Virus record (IMG/VR): IMGVR_UViG_2811995091_000194
Origin: an uncultured virus (IMG/VR IMGVR_UViG_2811995091_000194)
Lineage: Duplodnaviria; Heunggongvirae; Uroviricota; Caudoviricetes
DNA: 64,000 nucleotides
Strand: one strand, 5' to 3'
Shown here: in pieces, positions 20,350-29,709 of the stretch
Layout: every line of letters begins with the position of its first letter
Position numbering within the stretch: position 1 is the first letter of the stretch
Made by a program: the position numbers and the translations under genes
The notes under the pieces: model-generated
What the model was told of the DNA's origin: nothing
Database searches by the model: none
Seen by the model: only the letters and a program-made list of their open reading frames with translations

Positions 20350-21261
20350 ATGTTACTATTTCCAGCACGTACAGTATTTGTAGAAGGTCCAGATTGTTCA
20401 GGAAAAACGTCATTAATAAGAGAAGTTCATAAGAAGACAGGCTATAGGTGGCACCTTATGGACAGGTCACAGCTATCAAGAAAGATATTTTCAGAGATGT
20501 ACGGAAGATCTATCGAGCACATAGACGATCATCTTCATAACGAATTATTCAACTTAAATAACAAGTATGTCATTATTGACTTGCCGTTTAAAACTATTAA
20601 GAGTAGATTTGAAAAAAGAGGAGACGATCTTCACGATTTAAGCTCAATAAGAAGAGTACACAAGCTGTTTATGCAAGAATTTAAAAATTTGCAAGATCAC
20701 CCAAATGTAATAAGGATAACTTGCAACAAGTCGTCAATCAGCGATATAGCAGATAGCGTTATAGCATCATTAATGATGCAAGAGGGTGCACAAATAAAAG
20801 AAATAGCAGATTCTGTCATAGATGCTGTAGCACAATCAGAAAATCATGAAGTTTTCCCGCTTCAAGTAACACTATATGATGATGGAGAATTTGAAGAAGC
20901 AACACACAGCATTCTAGAATTTGAGCCAGAGTCAGAGTATTATATAAAGATACTTCTAGCCTTTCTTAATAAAATAGATGCAGAGATGAAAGGTAAAAAT
21001 GAATATTCAAGAAAAGAGAGTATTTTCTCTAGAAGGTTTGTATACACAGATGATTCGTGTATATCGTTTATTCAAGCCAGCCAGCGAAACAGTATAATGG
21101 ATTTTCACTGTGTGATAAGATCATGTAATGTAAGAGAGTTATTTGAACATGATTTAAGATTTATTTACTATCTTGCATCAGAGTGCTGGAAAAGAATAGG
21201 CGGCGGTTGTACATCTGCAAGAATTAGAGTGAATTTAAACTCTGCACATATAATTGAGTAA
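20350..21261 (+). CDS. dNMP kinase fused to a minimal thymidylate-synthase/dCMP-hydroxymethylase-like domain
   Basis: EGPDCSGKTS and DRS kinase motifs; C-term SRR..SC..Q..RSCN...D...NSAH. Confidence 0.7.
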   Translation: MLLFPARTVFVEGPDCSGKTSLIREVHKKTGYRWHLMDRSQLSRKIFSEMYGRSIEHIDDHLHNELFNLNNKYVIIDLPFKTIKSRFEKRGDDLHDLSSIRRVHKLFMQEFKNLQDHPNVIRITCNKSSISDIADSVIASLMMQEGAQIKEIADSVIDAVAQSENHEVFPLQVTLYDDGEFEEATHSILEFEPESEYYIKILLAFLNKIDAEMKGKNEYSRKESIFSRRFVYTDDSCISFIQASQRNSIMDFHCVIRSCNVRELFEHDLRFIYYLASECWKRIGGGCTSARIRVNLNSAHIIE

Positions 21262-21283
21262 AATTAAAGAGAATGGAGAAAAA

Positions 21284-22288
21284 ATGAAAAGAGCATTAGT
21301 CACAGGAGGCTGTGGGTTCATTGGGTCAAATTTGGCCAAGAGGCTAGTAGGAGAAGGATGGAAGGTTGATATAGTTGATGACATGTCAAATGGTCATCTT
21401 GAATTGCTTGATGGAGTGAGCATGCGGGTCGTTCCTGCAGACTTGTTACAAAATTTCTATAGTACAGTTTCAAGTAGAGATGACGATACTATTCTTGTGA
21501 TACAGGGAGATTTCTCTCATGGCGCAATTGTTAAAAATATATCTGATGGCATGTATGATGTCGTATTTCATCAGGCAGCAATTCCAAGAGTTTCATTTTC
21601 TGTTGAAAATCCATCAATGACGACAGATATAAATATAGCCGGGACAGTTAGGTTGTTCGAGGCATGTACTGGAAATGTTAATCGAATTGTCTGGGCATCA
21701 TCATCATCTGTCTATGGCGGCGCTGAGGTTCTGCCAACAAATGAAGAGACTGTAAAAGCACCTAAGTCACCGTATGCCTGGCAAAAAAGTGCAATAGAGG
21801 ATGTAGCAAAACTATTTGGTGAGTTATACAGCCTTGACATAGTGTGTCTAAGATACTTTAATGTGTTTGGGCCTGGACAGCATGGTGATTCACCTTACTC
21901 AACAGCAATATCTGCGTGGTGTCATGCAGTAAAAAATGGGTTACCACTAAGAAGCGACGGCGACGGAAGTCAGTCAAGAGATATGTGCTATGTTGACAAC
22001 GCTGTTGATGCGAATTTGCTAGCTGCAACATCTGATGAAAAGTTTTTTGGAAGGGTGTATAATGTATCATGCGGAGACAAAACGACCAATAGAGAGATTC
22101 TTGATCATTTCACAGAAAAATTTTCTCATGCTGTTGTTAGACATGCACCTTGGCGTCCAGGTGATGTAATGCATACATGTGCTGATATTACACGCATAAG
22201 TTCTGAGCTAGGATATGAGCCTCGTGTTAGATTTTGGGATGGCTTAAGGAAGACTTTGGCCTGGTGGGGAATAGAAGAATATGAATAA
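21284..22288 (+). CDS. NAD-dependent nucleotide-sugar epimerase/dehydratase (WbpP/GalE-like)
   Basis: VTGGCGFIG, HQAA, ASSSSVYG, YAWQK, LRYFNVFGP. Confidence 0.92.
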   Translation: MKRALVTGGCGFIGSNLAKRLVGEGWKVDIVDDMSNGHLELLDGVSMRVVPADLLQNFYSTVSSRDDDTILVIQGDFSHGAIVKNISDGMYDVVFHQAAIPRVSFSVENPSMTTDINIAGTVRLFEACTGNVNRIVWASSSSVYGGAEVLPTNEETVKAPKSPYAWQKSAIEDVAKLFGELYSLDIVCLRYFNVFGPGQHGDSPYSTAISAWCHAVKNGLPLRSDGDGSQSRDMCYVDNAVDANLLAATSDEKFFGRVYNVSCGDKTTNREILDHFTEKFSHAVVRHAPWRPGDVMHTCADITRISSELGYEPRVRFWDGLRKTLAWWGIEEYE

Positions 22289-22676
22289 GTGCTCATGGAA
22301 AGGAAAAAGCTCAAAAACTGAAAAGCCCTGGGGGCATGAAACTGTGTGGAGCGCTCTTCCAGGAGTTCACGGAAAAATTTTATTTATCAAGGCTGGAAAC
22401 AAGACAAGCTTAAAATATAACAATGCTAAGGATGAGATTCTTTATATCCTTAGCGGAAAAGTTCTAATACAGTACGGAGATCAATCAACGTTAGTGGAAA
22501 ATAGTGAAAATTCATATAGGTTTTCTGAATTTACACCTGGGGGTGTATTGCATATACAATCATGCAGCCCGTATAGAATTACAGCTATTGAGGATAGCGA
22601 AATTATTGAAATAGGAAACAATAAGAAAAGCACATGCACAAGAATAGATGATGACTATGGGAGAGCGTGTAAATGA
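22281..22676 (+). CDS. Cupin, mannose-6-phosphate-isomerase-like
   Basis: KPWGHE...TSLKY...KDE...R..DDYGR; the usual His ligands appear substituted. Confidence 0.7.
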   Translation: MNKCSWKGKSSKTEKPWGHETVWSALPGVHGKILFIKAGNKTSLKYNNAKDEILYILSGKVLIQYGDQSTLVENSENSYRFSEFTPGGVLHIQSCSPYRITAIEDSEIIEIGNNKKSTCTRIDDDYGRACK

Positions 22677-23233
22677 GATCCCCAGAGTTTATAATATTTA
22701 CAGGACCAATGTTTGGATCAAAGACGACAAGACTTCTTGGCACAGTTGATAGATTTAGATATCAGAATAAAACTGTTCTATCATTTAAGCCAAAGCTTGA
22801 TGATAGATATTCAAGCGGAGATATTACAACACATAATGGTGGTAAACTAAGGGCAATAATAGTTGAAAACGGCAGCGAAGTAATTGATCATGTGATAGAT
22901 TCAGGTGAATCAGTTGGCGTTGTTGCTGTTGATGAGGCATTTATGATTGATGATATCGCTGAAGCACTGATATATCTTTTTAGAAAAGGAAAGACTATTG
23001 TTGTTTCATCATTGCAGCTTTCTGCTACGGGAAAGGTATTCGAAGAGATTCGTGATATTATGCCCTGGGCAACTAAGATTGAGATATGTCCTGCAGTGTG
23101 CCCTATTACAGGAAGAGATGCATATTATACACACAGAAAGAGTGACTGCATTGATGAAATAACTGTTGGCGGTTCTGATTTATACGAGCCTCGCTGTTGG
23201 GAATATCATAGCTTTATGAATAATCAGGATTAA
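22673..23233 (+). CDS. tdk: Thymidine kinase
   Basis: GPMFGSKT, VDEA, VGG..YEPRC. Confidence 0.92.
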   Translation: MRSPEFIIFTGPMFGSKTTRLLGTVDRFRYQNKTVLSFKPKLDDRYSSGDITTHNGGKLRAIIVENGSEVIDHVIDSGESVGVVAVDEAFMIDDIAEALIYLFRKGKTIVVSSLQLSATGKVFEEIRDIMPWATKIEICPAVCPITGRDAYYTHRKSDCIDEITVGGSDLYEPRCWEYHSFMNNQD

Positions 23234-23236
23234 TAC

Positions 23237-24322
23237 ATGGCACGACCCAATCCAAATGATGTCGACATGGTCATCTATCATAAGAACTGCAGTGATGGCC
23301 ACGGAAGTGCATATGCTGCATGGAAGCTATTAGGAAACAAGGCCGTGTACATAGCATGCGCGCATGGTGACACTCCTCCTGATGTATCAGATAAGAATGT
23401 TGCTATATGTGACTTCAGCTTTAGCAATGCAGTAACAAAAGAATTAATTGAAAAATCAAACACGCTAATTGTTCTTGATCATCATAAGTCAGCAGTTATT
23501 GAGTTGCATGACATCGCAGAGACAATTTTTGATTTAGGTCATAGTGGAACAATTATCTCATGGAATTTTTTCCATCCAGGCAAGGAACCGCCAAAGTTTT
23601 TAAGATATATTGAGGATCGTGACCTCTGGAAGTGGGAACTACCATATTCAAAAGAGTTCTCAGCATCATTTGATATGGTTTCTTTTAATTTTGAGGAATT
23701 TGAGAAATTTGAGGATGACTCAGTTTTTGATGCAGCAGTTAAAAAAGGGAGCTATATTCTTGAATATTCAAAGTCTGTTGTCAGGAAGGTGTGCGAGAAA
23801 GCCAAGCCTCGAAAGTATATGGGAAATGACGTGCTTGTTGTCAATGCCTCACATTGGATGTCTGAGATAGGTGCAAGGCTCGCGCATGATTGCGACTTTG
23901 CAGTCATATGGTATTACGATCATGAGAAGCGAAACATCAGAGTGAGTCTTAGGGCATTCCATGATAAGGTCGACGTATCTGAGGTTGCAAAAGAATTTGG
24001 CGGCGGTGGACATCCTAAGGCAGCAGGGTTTACACTAACAGGAAGCACAATTGTTGACAACCTCTTTGATGTAGTTGAAGAGAAGGTTGACACATCTAGT
24101 GCCCGCGAGGAAATTAAAAAGATAAAAGAGACGCTTGAAAAGAAGGGCGACACTGAGAAGAGTGAGGTCGTTGAAGGTCTTGAGTCACTACTAGATGAGC
24201 TAGAGAAGCCAGAGAAGAAGGATGAGCCCAAAAAATCAAAAAAGAGTTCAGGAAAGGGTAGCAGAAGCAGCAAGAAGCCTAAGCAGCAAGCTGCCAGAGA
24301 CACCGAACCATCCAAAAGGTAG
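23237..24322 (+). CDS. DHH/DHHA1 phosphoesterase with a charged C-terminal tail
   Basis: YH..C.DG, DFS, DHH, DRDLW, SLR, GGGGHPKAAG. Confidence 0.88.
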   Translation: MARPNPNDVDMVIYHKNCSDGHGSAYAAWKLLGNKAVYIACAHGDTPPDVSDKNVAICDFSFSNAVTKELIEKSNTLIVLDHHKSAVIELHDIAETIFDLGHSGTIISWNFFHPGKEPPKFLRYIEDRDLWKWELPYSKEFSASFDMVSFNFEEFEKFEDDSVFDAAVKKGSYILEYSKSVVRKVCEKAKPRKYMGNDVLVVNASHWMSEIGARLAHDCDFAVIWYYDHEKRNIRVSLRAFHDKVDVSEVAKEFGGGGHPKAAGFTLTGSTIVDNLFDVVEEKVDTSSAREEIKKIKETLEKKGDTEKSEVVEGLESLLDELEKPEKKDEPKKSKKSSGKGSRSSKKPKQQAARDTEPSKR

Positions 24323-24449
24323 GAATTCTTATGCGCACATCTGGAAGACAATCAGAGACATTCTGGGTGAGTCGTATAAGGATCTAGATGACTCGCTTGT
24401 TGATGATGTGATGGAGATAATTCGTTATTGCGAGGAGAATCCGTTCTAA
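24222..24449 (+). CDS. Small hypothetical protein overlapping the DHH gene tail
   Basis: Globular-looking LP..P.HPKGRNSYAHI...SYKD; fills the gap before the dCMP deaminase gene. Confidence 0.6.
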   Translation: MSPKNQKRVQERVAEAARSLSSKLPETPNHPKGRNSYAHIWKTIRDILGESYKDLDDSLVDDVMEIIRYCEENPF

Positions 24450-24464
24450 TTGAGGAGATGATAA

Positions 24465-24890
24465 ATGAGCTATAGACCAGAGTGGGATCAGATCTGGATG
24501 GAATTTGCGCATAGTATTGCAAGAAGGTCAGTTGATCCGAGGCATAAGGTTGGAGCAATTGTTGTCACATCAGACAATACTCAAGTGCTAGCCATAGGCT
24601 ATAACGGCGATCAAAGAGGCGGCCCAAACGAGGTCGAGTCATTGACACCGGGTGAGTCTGGAATGCTACATGCAGAAATTAATGCTCTGCTTAAGATGGA
24701 CTATAACAACCCAAAAGATAAGATCATGTATGTTACTTTAAGTCCGTGTCGAATGTGCTGCAAGGCGCTCGTCAATGCCGGGATAAAGCAAGTGATATAT
24801 GATGAAGATTATCGCGACACGTCAGGGATAGACCTCCTGGATGACAGTGATATTATTGTTAAAAAACTATCTAGCATTTCTCATATTTAA
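24465..24890 (+). CDS. dCMP deaminase (ComEB-like)
   Basis: KVGA, GYNG, HAEINA, SPCRMC. Confidence 0.92.
   Translation: MSYRPEWDQIWMEFAHSIARRSVDPRHKVGAIVVTSDNTQVLAIGYNGDQRGGPNEVESLTPGESGMLHAEINALLKMDYNNPKDKIMYVTLSPCRMCCKALVNAGIKQVIYDEDYRDTSGIDLLDDSDIIVKKLSSISHI
24883..24889 (+). promoter_or_regulatory. Putative late-promoter motif ATATTTA
   Basis: Upstream of structural gene 24935. Confidence 0.5.
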
Positions 24891-24934
24891 TATGGTGATA
24901 TAATAAAATATTGTGAGAAGTCTGGAGAGTCACA

Positions 24935-26149
24935 TTGGCAATCTTTAAGGAAATACCCGGATCAGACATACGGGCTGGAAGATCATTTCTTCATCAGCTA
25001 GTTGACATACCGCAGCAAAGTATATCTGGATCTGTATCAAGAAAAAAGTATAAGGCGTTCATAACTGGAGGAAAAGGTCCAGGAATTACGTCATCTTTAT
25101 TTCAGACTGTTCATGATAATAATTTTTCTCTACAGTCTGCTAACCCTGTATTTGATATAACAGTTGGGCTATATAGCGGAAGTACAACAGTTACAGATGC
25201 TGTAACTAGCGTAGACTATTTTGGAAAGTTCTTATTTTCATCACAGTCTGTCATGATGAATGAGAAGATAGATGTATACAGGCAATATTCACAGCTGCTT
25301 CTTGGAAGCGCAGATATTCAGTTTCGATCACCTGTAACGGGAACACTTGAGCAAGACAAGATCAATGAGGCACTATTTATAAGTTTTAGGCGTCAATTTA
25401 CTAGGGACGAGATAAAGCCAGAAACATTTGCGATGAAATTTTTTACAACGGCGTCTGTTGTTGATGACAATCCAGGGTTTAATTTAAGCACAACATCAGA
25501 GGCAGGATCTCAAATTTTTACTGATATTGGGTCGACAGCTACACAAACAACATTGTTTGGCGGAAAGGTTGGTCACATAGTTAATGCAAATAATCCTACA
25601 AATAAGCTTGTTGGTTCACTATGGTATCAAAAAGGAATAGCTGTTCTAGATCTAAGTAAGATAATGTTAGGATCACAGCATGTTTCAGGCGTAATACGCG
25701 CTATAAATGATAATAGCCCAGCTGTAGGTTCTCCGACTGGGACAATGGTGATAGGATCAGGAAACCCAGAGGTAAAGTTTATTCCTGATTTGATGGTATC
25801 TGCATCTGTTGATGACATTCTTGATCATGTTTGCATGTGCAGGTTTAGCTCTGGAACATATACAGCCATGACATTTCAAAATACAACAAATATTAATTCA
25901 ACATTGATATTTTGTAGAGTAGGGTCAGATGAGTTTAACTATTCATCAAATCCAACATACACAGATGAAAGTGATACCCTCAATGTTCTTGAAGGCGGAA
26001 TAGAAAATAGACAGCAGTCATTTACATTTTTTACGTCTGTCGGCTTGTATGACGCTCATGATAATCTCCTTGCAGTTGCCAAGCTTAGCAGGCCTGTTGA
26101 AAAAAATAATGAGAAGAGTTTAGCTCTAAGAGTCAGGATTGATTTTTAG
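24935..26149 (+). CDS. Virion structural protein (baseplate/tail-associated)
   Basis: C-term FNYSSNPT...TSVGLYD..NLLAVAKLSRPVEK...RVRIDF, typical of large-myovirus structural proteins; TTG start after GGAG. Confidence 0.65.
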   Translation: MAIFKEIPGSDIRAGRSFLHQLVDIPQQSISGSVSRKKYKAFITGGKGPGITSSLFQTVHDNNFSLQSANPVFDITVGLYSGSTTVTDAVTSVDYFGKFLFSSQSVMMNEKIDVYRQYSQLLLGSADIQFRSPVTGTLEQDKINEALFISFRRQFTRDEIKPETFAMKFFTTASVVDDNPGFNLSTTSEAGSQIFTDIGSTATQTTLFGGKVGHIVNANNPTNKLVGSLWYQKGIAVLDLSKIMLGSQHVSGVIRAINDNSPAVGSPTGTMVIGSGNPEVKFIPDLMVSASVDDILDHVCMCRFSSGTYTAMTFQNTTNINSTLIFCRVGSDEFNYSSNPTYTDESDTLNVLEGGIENRQQSFTFFTSVGLYDAHDNLLAVAKLSRPVEKNNEKSLALRVRIDF

Positions 26150-26182
26150 AATTAAATAACCAGGAATTCTTGATATTTATAA

Positions 26183-26479
26183 TTGCAATGCCGGACGGAG
26201 ATAGTGTTGAAAACATACACAAAAAGTGATATTGAAAATATTATCAACGAGATAGGGTTACGCGTTAGTGAGCGCTTAGACCTGTTTATTGGAACCGGTG
26301 ATAATGAAAGATTAGTTGTTAGATCTGGGCTTAAGATAAGGCATAAAGAAACAGGAATTGTCTACACAGTTGTTTATATTGACGTGTCTGATAGGTCTAA
26401 TCCTAAAATAATATGCAATAGGCCCGGAATAACAATGGAAATACAGAAAGAAGAATTTAAAAATTATGAGAGGCAATAA
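26183..26479 (+). CDS. Hypothetical protein; start uncertain
   Basis: ORF after ATATTTA at 26173. Confidence 0.55.
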   Translation: MQCRTEIVLKTYTKSDIENIINEIGLRVSERLDLFIGTGDNERLVVRSGLKIRHKETGIVYTVVYIDVSDRSNPKIICNRPGITMEIQKEEFKNYERQ

Positions 26480-27186
26480 TGTCAAGTTTTACAAATAGTG
26501 ACCTAAAGAAGAACATACAAGAATCACTTGGTCTAACTGATCATGATAACGAGAATGAACTTCTTAAAGAGGCGTATGCTACACAGCCAAAGCATCATGA
26601 TCTTCCAACAGAGCTACTTAGCATGGCGAATAAAAAGAGTCATGTAGAGCTATATAAGGGATATGTTGAAAAGTTTAATAGAGTAAGTGCTGAGCTAGAC
26701 GGAGTCAATCGAGCAGAGGCAGATTCTAATTATTCTAAGTTTAGATCTCTAAAGCTTGATGAGGCCCATAACATGAATGCAGTGTATCTTCATGAGCTTT
26801 ATTTTTCAAATATCAGCGATCTTCATAGCAATATATCAATGGACTCATTATCATATATGAGGCTTTCTAGAGACTTTGGTACATTTGATGATTGGCAGAA
26901 TGATTTCATTGCGTGTTGCCTGTCATCTCGCTGTGGCTGGGCAGTAACTGTGTATAGCACATATCTACAAAGATACATAAACTGTGTTGTTGATCTTCAC
27001 AGTGCACAGGTACCAATGGGAACATATCCTGTCATAGTGATGGATATGTGGCAACACTCATATTATCGTGATTATTTAACAGATGTAAGAACATATGTTC
27101 ATGCAATGATGAAGCAGTTAAATTGGACAGTAATTGAAGATAGAATTAACAGAGCAGAAAAAATACAACATGCTCTAAGGACATGA
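26479..27186 (+). CDS. Fe/Mn superoxide dismutase family protein with an N-terminal extension
   Basis: H..LY.GYV, LHELYF, FG.FD.W, GW, DMWQHSYY.DY. Confidence 0.85.
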   Translation: MSSFTNSDLKKNIQESLGLTDHDNENELLKEAYATQPKHHDLPTELLSMANKKSHVELYKGYVEKFNRVSAELDGVNRAEADSNYSKFRSLKLDEAHNMNAVYLHELYFSNISDLHSNISMDSLSYMRLSRDFGTFDDWQNDFIACCLSSRCGWAVTVYSTYLQRYINCVVDLHSAQVPMGTYPVIVMDMWQHSYYRDYLTDVRTYVHAMMKQLNWTVIEDRINRAEKIQHALRT

Positions 27187-27187
27187 C

Positions 27188-27805
27188 ATGATTGATAAAG
27201 GCACAATTAGAAGATTGATACTTGAACAAATGGACGAGATGATGTCTGGAGATGACAGTGAAAAAAGTGTAACAGATTCAGTTGATAATCAGATTGATTC
27301 ATTCTTAATAAAGTTTGAAAAAGATTCAATGTCTAGCGATGAAGATGAAATGATGGAATCTTTATCATCGATGTCTCTTAAAGGGCTTGTTGTAGAGCAG
27401 GATGCTGAAGAAGATGCAGAGCCTGATGAAGACACACCTGAACAAGATGATGATCTAGACTCTAATGCAGGCGACGAAGATCCCGACGATGAATCAGACA
27501 GTGAATCTCTTGAATCCCCGAAGCCACCTATTGACGTAGATGCCTTTACAAAGAGAGTTGCAAGACTTGTAATGAATAATGAGGTTCTTCTTGATGTGAA
27601 AGATGTAATTGTGAATCGTGCTATAAATTTCCTTCTAGATCACTATGATGATTCTCATGTAAGTGAAATGAAGGAAATATTGCACACGCAGTTTGACATT
27701 AGCACAGATGAAGATGTAGAGCATCAACTTGCACCATTTGCTGTAGGCGCATGGGCAGGAGGAACAGGCGGACTCGGCGGTGGCGGCGGCGGAGGGACTG
27801 TGTGA
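27188..27805 (+). CDS. Acidic hypothetical protein with a Gly-rich C-terminus
   Basis: D/E-rich; starts MIDKGTIRRLILEQ. Confidence 0.6.
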   Translation: MIDKGTIRRLILEQMDEMMSGDDSEKSVTDSVDNQIDSFLIKFEKDSMSSDEDEMMESLSSMSLKGLVVEQDAEEDAEPDEDTPEQDDDLDSNAGDEDPDDESDSESLESPKPPIDVDAFTKRVARLVMNNEVLLDVKDVIVNRAINFLLDHYDDSHVSEMKEILHTQFDISTDEDVEHQLAPFAVGAWAGGTGGLGGGGGGGTV

Positions 27806-28092
27806 GTAAGACCTACGTCGATTTTGAAACGAAAAAGTCAATTCACTTCACAACAACTCGTGAAACACACAGTGCTGTGAGAATATCATGCTTCAAAAAC
27901 AGACTAACGATGCAGGAAATATTTGAGGAGATATCACAGAGAATAGCTTCTGAGTCTCCGGATATGATGAGACTAATGGAAGAGCTTTCTCAAAAAAAGA
28001 AAGATAGAATTATTAAAAAACTATCAAAGACTGATGCAGAGTCTTTATTTGAAATAATTGCAACAGATAACCCACTTGATAAAAAGGACTAG
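27802..28092 (+). CDS. Hypothetical protein, possibly ribbon-helix-helix
   Basis: GTG start overlapping the previous stop; KKSIHF strand followed by helices. Confidence 0.5.
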   Translation: MSKTYVDFETKKSIHFTTTRETHSAVRISCFKNRLTMQEIFEEISQRIASESPDMMRLMEELSQKKKDRIIKKLSKTDAESLFEIIATDNPLDKKD

Positions 28093-28093
28093 C

Positions 28094-28390
28094 ATGTTGC
28101 AAAAAATAATGGCTCTATCTTCTAGGGTGCTTGATATCATTCTTTTTAAGAAGTTTTTTAAAAATAGAGAAGATACACGTGCCAAGATATCGTCTCTTGA
28201 AGATACTGTTTATGACCTTGAGACGATAATCATAAAGCAATCATATGTAATATCAGCAATAAGTGCAATTCAAGAAGAAGTGCTTTCTAGCATATCAGTC
28301 TTAAGCAGTGAAGCAGCTAGCGGTAAAAGAAGCTCCAAGCACGGAATGATTCTACCAATTCCAGATAGCGATGATGATTTAATTAACTGA
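28094..28390 (+). CDS. Hypothetical coiled-coil protein
   Basis: ATG after AAGGA. Confidence 0.55.
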   Translation: MLQKIMALSSRVLDIILFKKFFKNREDTRAKISSLEDTVYDLETIIIKQSYVISAISAIQEEVLSSISVLSSEAASGKRSSKHGMILPIPDSDDDLIN

Positions 28391-28452
28391 TTAAAGCGTT
28401 TTATATTGCGACTGCAATAATATATAATTCTTAATTGACTAGGAGAATAAGC

Positions 28453-28647
28453 ATGAATAGCTTAAAAGAATTATTAAAAAAGTGGAAGGTTGAGGTAACA
28501 TTGGTAGGCGGAGCGCTTGTTGTTGCAACAGCATACGGTAGATGTGTGTATGAGCCAGTAGTTGAATCATCAGATGACGCTGAAGTAGCCCAGACAACAG
28601 AAGATACGACTACTACAACTACAGCTGAAACAACAGATGAAAACTAA
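28453..28647 (+). CDS. Small membrane-anchored protein
   Basis: AGGAG RBS; hydrophobic segment then Thr/Glu-rich tail. Confidence 0.55.
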   Translation: MNSLKELLKKWKVEVTLVGGALVVATAYGRCVYEPVVESSDDAEVAQTTEDTTTTTTAETTDEN

Positions 28648-28825
28648 TCATGCAGATAGGCTGTTAGAGAAGCTAATTTCAAGAAAGCTGCTCGTCTTCA
28701 TATCAGCGACGGGATTAATGATATGGGATGGGCTGACATCTGAAACGTGGGGTATGATTGCAATAGTGTATATTGGCAGTCAGGCAGCAGTTGATGCCAT
28801 GAAGGCATATCGTCATAATAGCTAG
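28637..28825 (+). CDS. Putative holin
   Basis: 62 aa; SRK followed by two transmembrane segments. Confidence 0.5.
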   Translation: MKTNHADRLLEKLISRKLLVFISATGLMIWDGLTSETWGMIAIVYIGSQAAVDAMKAYRHNS

Positions 28826-28826
28826 A

Positions 28827-29231
28827 ATGAGATTTTTAAAGCTAAGGCATTCTTTTAAAAAGGTGCTTGTGTGGATGAAGTCTCACTGGGAGCTTACACT
28901 AGCGGTTCTTTCATTTATTATTATTAGCGCTGTATCACGAAACAAGACTAGGTCATTGACAATGGTGCTTGATGAAACAAAAAAGCTATATAATAATGAG
29001 ATTGATGTAATAAATCTGTCATATGAAAGTCAAATTGAAAGCATTCTTGACGTTGAAAAAAAGAGAAAAGAAGCGCTAGAGAGAATAGAAGAAAAATATA
29101 AGCTTGAAAATAAAAGCTTTGACAAAAAGAAAAGAAAAGAAGTTGAGAATGTTCTAAAGGAAAATCTTGATGATCCAGGCGCAATTACAAAAAGGCTGTC
29201 TGACATCACAGGATTTGATATAGTTCTATGA
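28827..29231 (+). CDS. Putative inner-membrane spanin-like protein
   Basis: N-terminal TM plus long coiled coil. Confidence 0.4.
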   Translation: MRFLKLRHSFKKVLVWMKSHWELTLAVLSFIIISAVSRNKTRSLTMVLDETKKLYNNEIDVINLSYESQIESILDVEKKRKEALERIEEKYKLENKSFDKKKRKEVENVLKENLDDPGAITKRLSDITGFDIVL

Positions 29232-29674
29232 CACTAGGCATGCTGCTTTTCTTATTATCGACCTTTCACGGTCAGTCTTATGCACAAGATAGTGACAGTG
29301 TTACAACTGTTCAGGCAGGTGATATCGCCCCGTTTTCTGGAACACTATTTAGCACAACAGCGGCGGCAAGATTGCTAATTGATCTAGAAAGCTCACAGGA
29401 GCTTTGTGAAATTAGGACGAGCGAGGCCCTAGACGTTCAAGAAGCAGAAACTCAATATTTTATTGAAATTGAGAAGATTAGGGCAGAGTCTTGCGAGGAA
29501 AGAAGCAGCCAGATTATCGATTTAAAAAATGAGCATATAGATTTTCTAACAACAGAGATGCTAAAGAGACGAGGTCCGTCGACATCTGCGTGGTACGTAG
29601 GGGGAATTCTGACAGGAATTCTTGCGACATCTGTTGGAGTTTGGGCTGTTTCTCAGGCAAATACAGCAAATTAA
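29228..29674 (+). CDS. Secreted/membrane protein, possible spanin partner
   Basis: Signal peptide, G..APFSG.L, coiled coil, C-terminal TM; overlaps the previous gene. Confidence 0.4.
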   Translation: MTLGMLLFLLSTFHGQSYAQDSDSVTTVQAGDIAPFSGTLFSTTAAARLLIDLESSQELCEIRTSEALDVQEAETQYFIEIEKIRAESCEERSSQIIDLKNEHIDFLTTEMLKRRGPSTSAWYVGGILTGILATSVGVWAVSQANTAN

Positions 29675-29709
29675 GCGACATCCCAAATACCTATTACCGT
29701 GAGGTTTCG

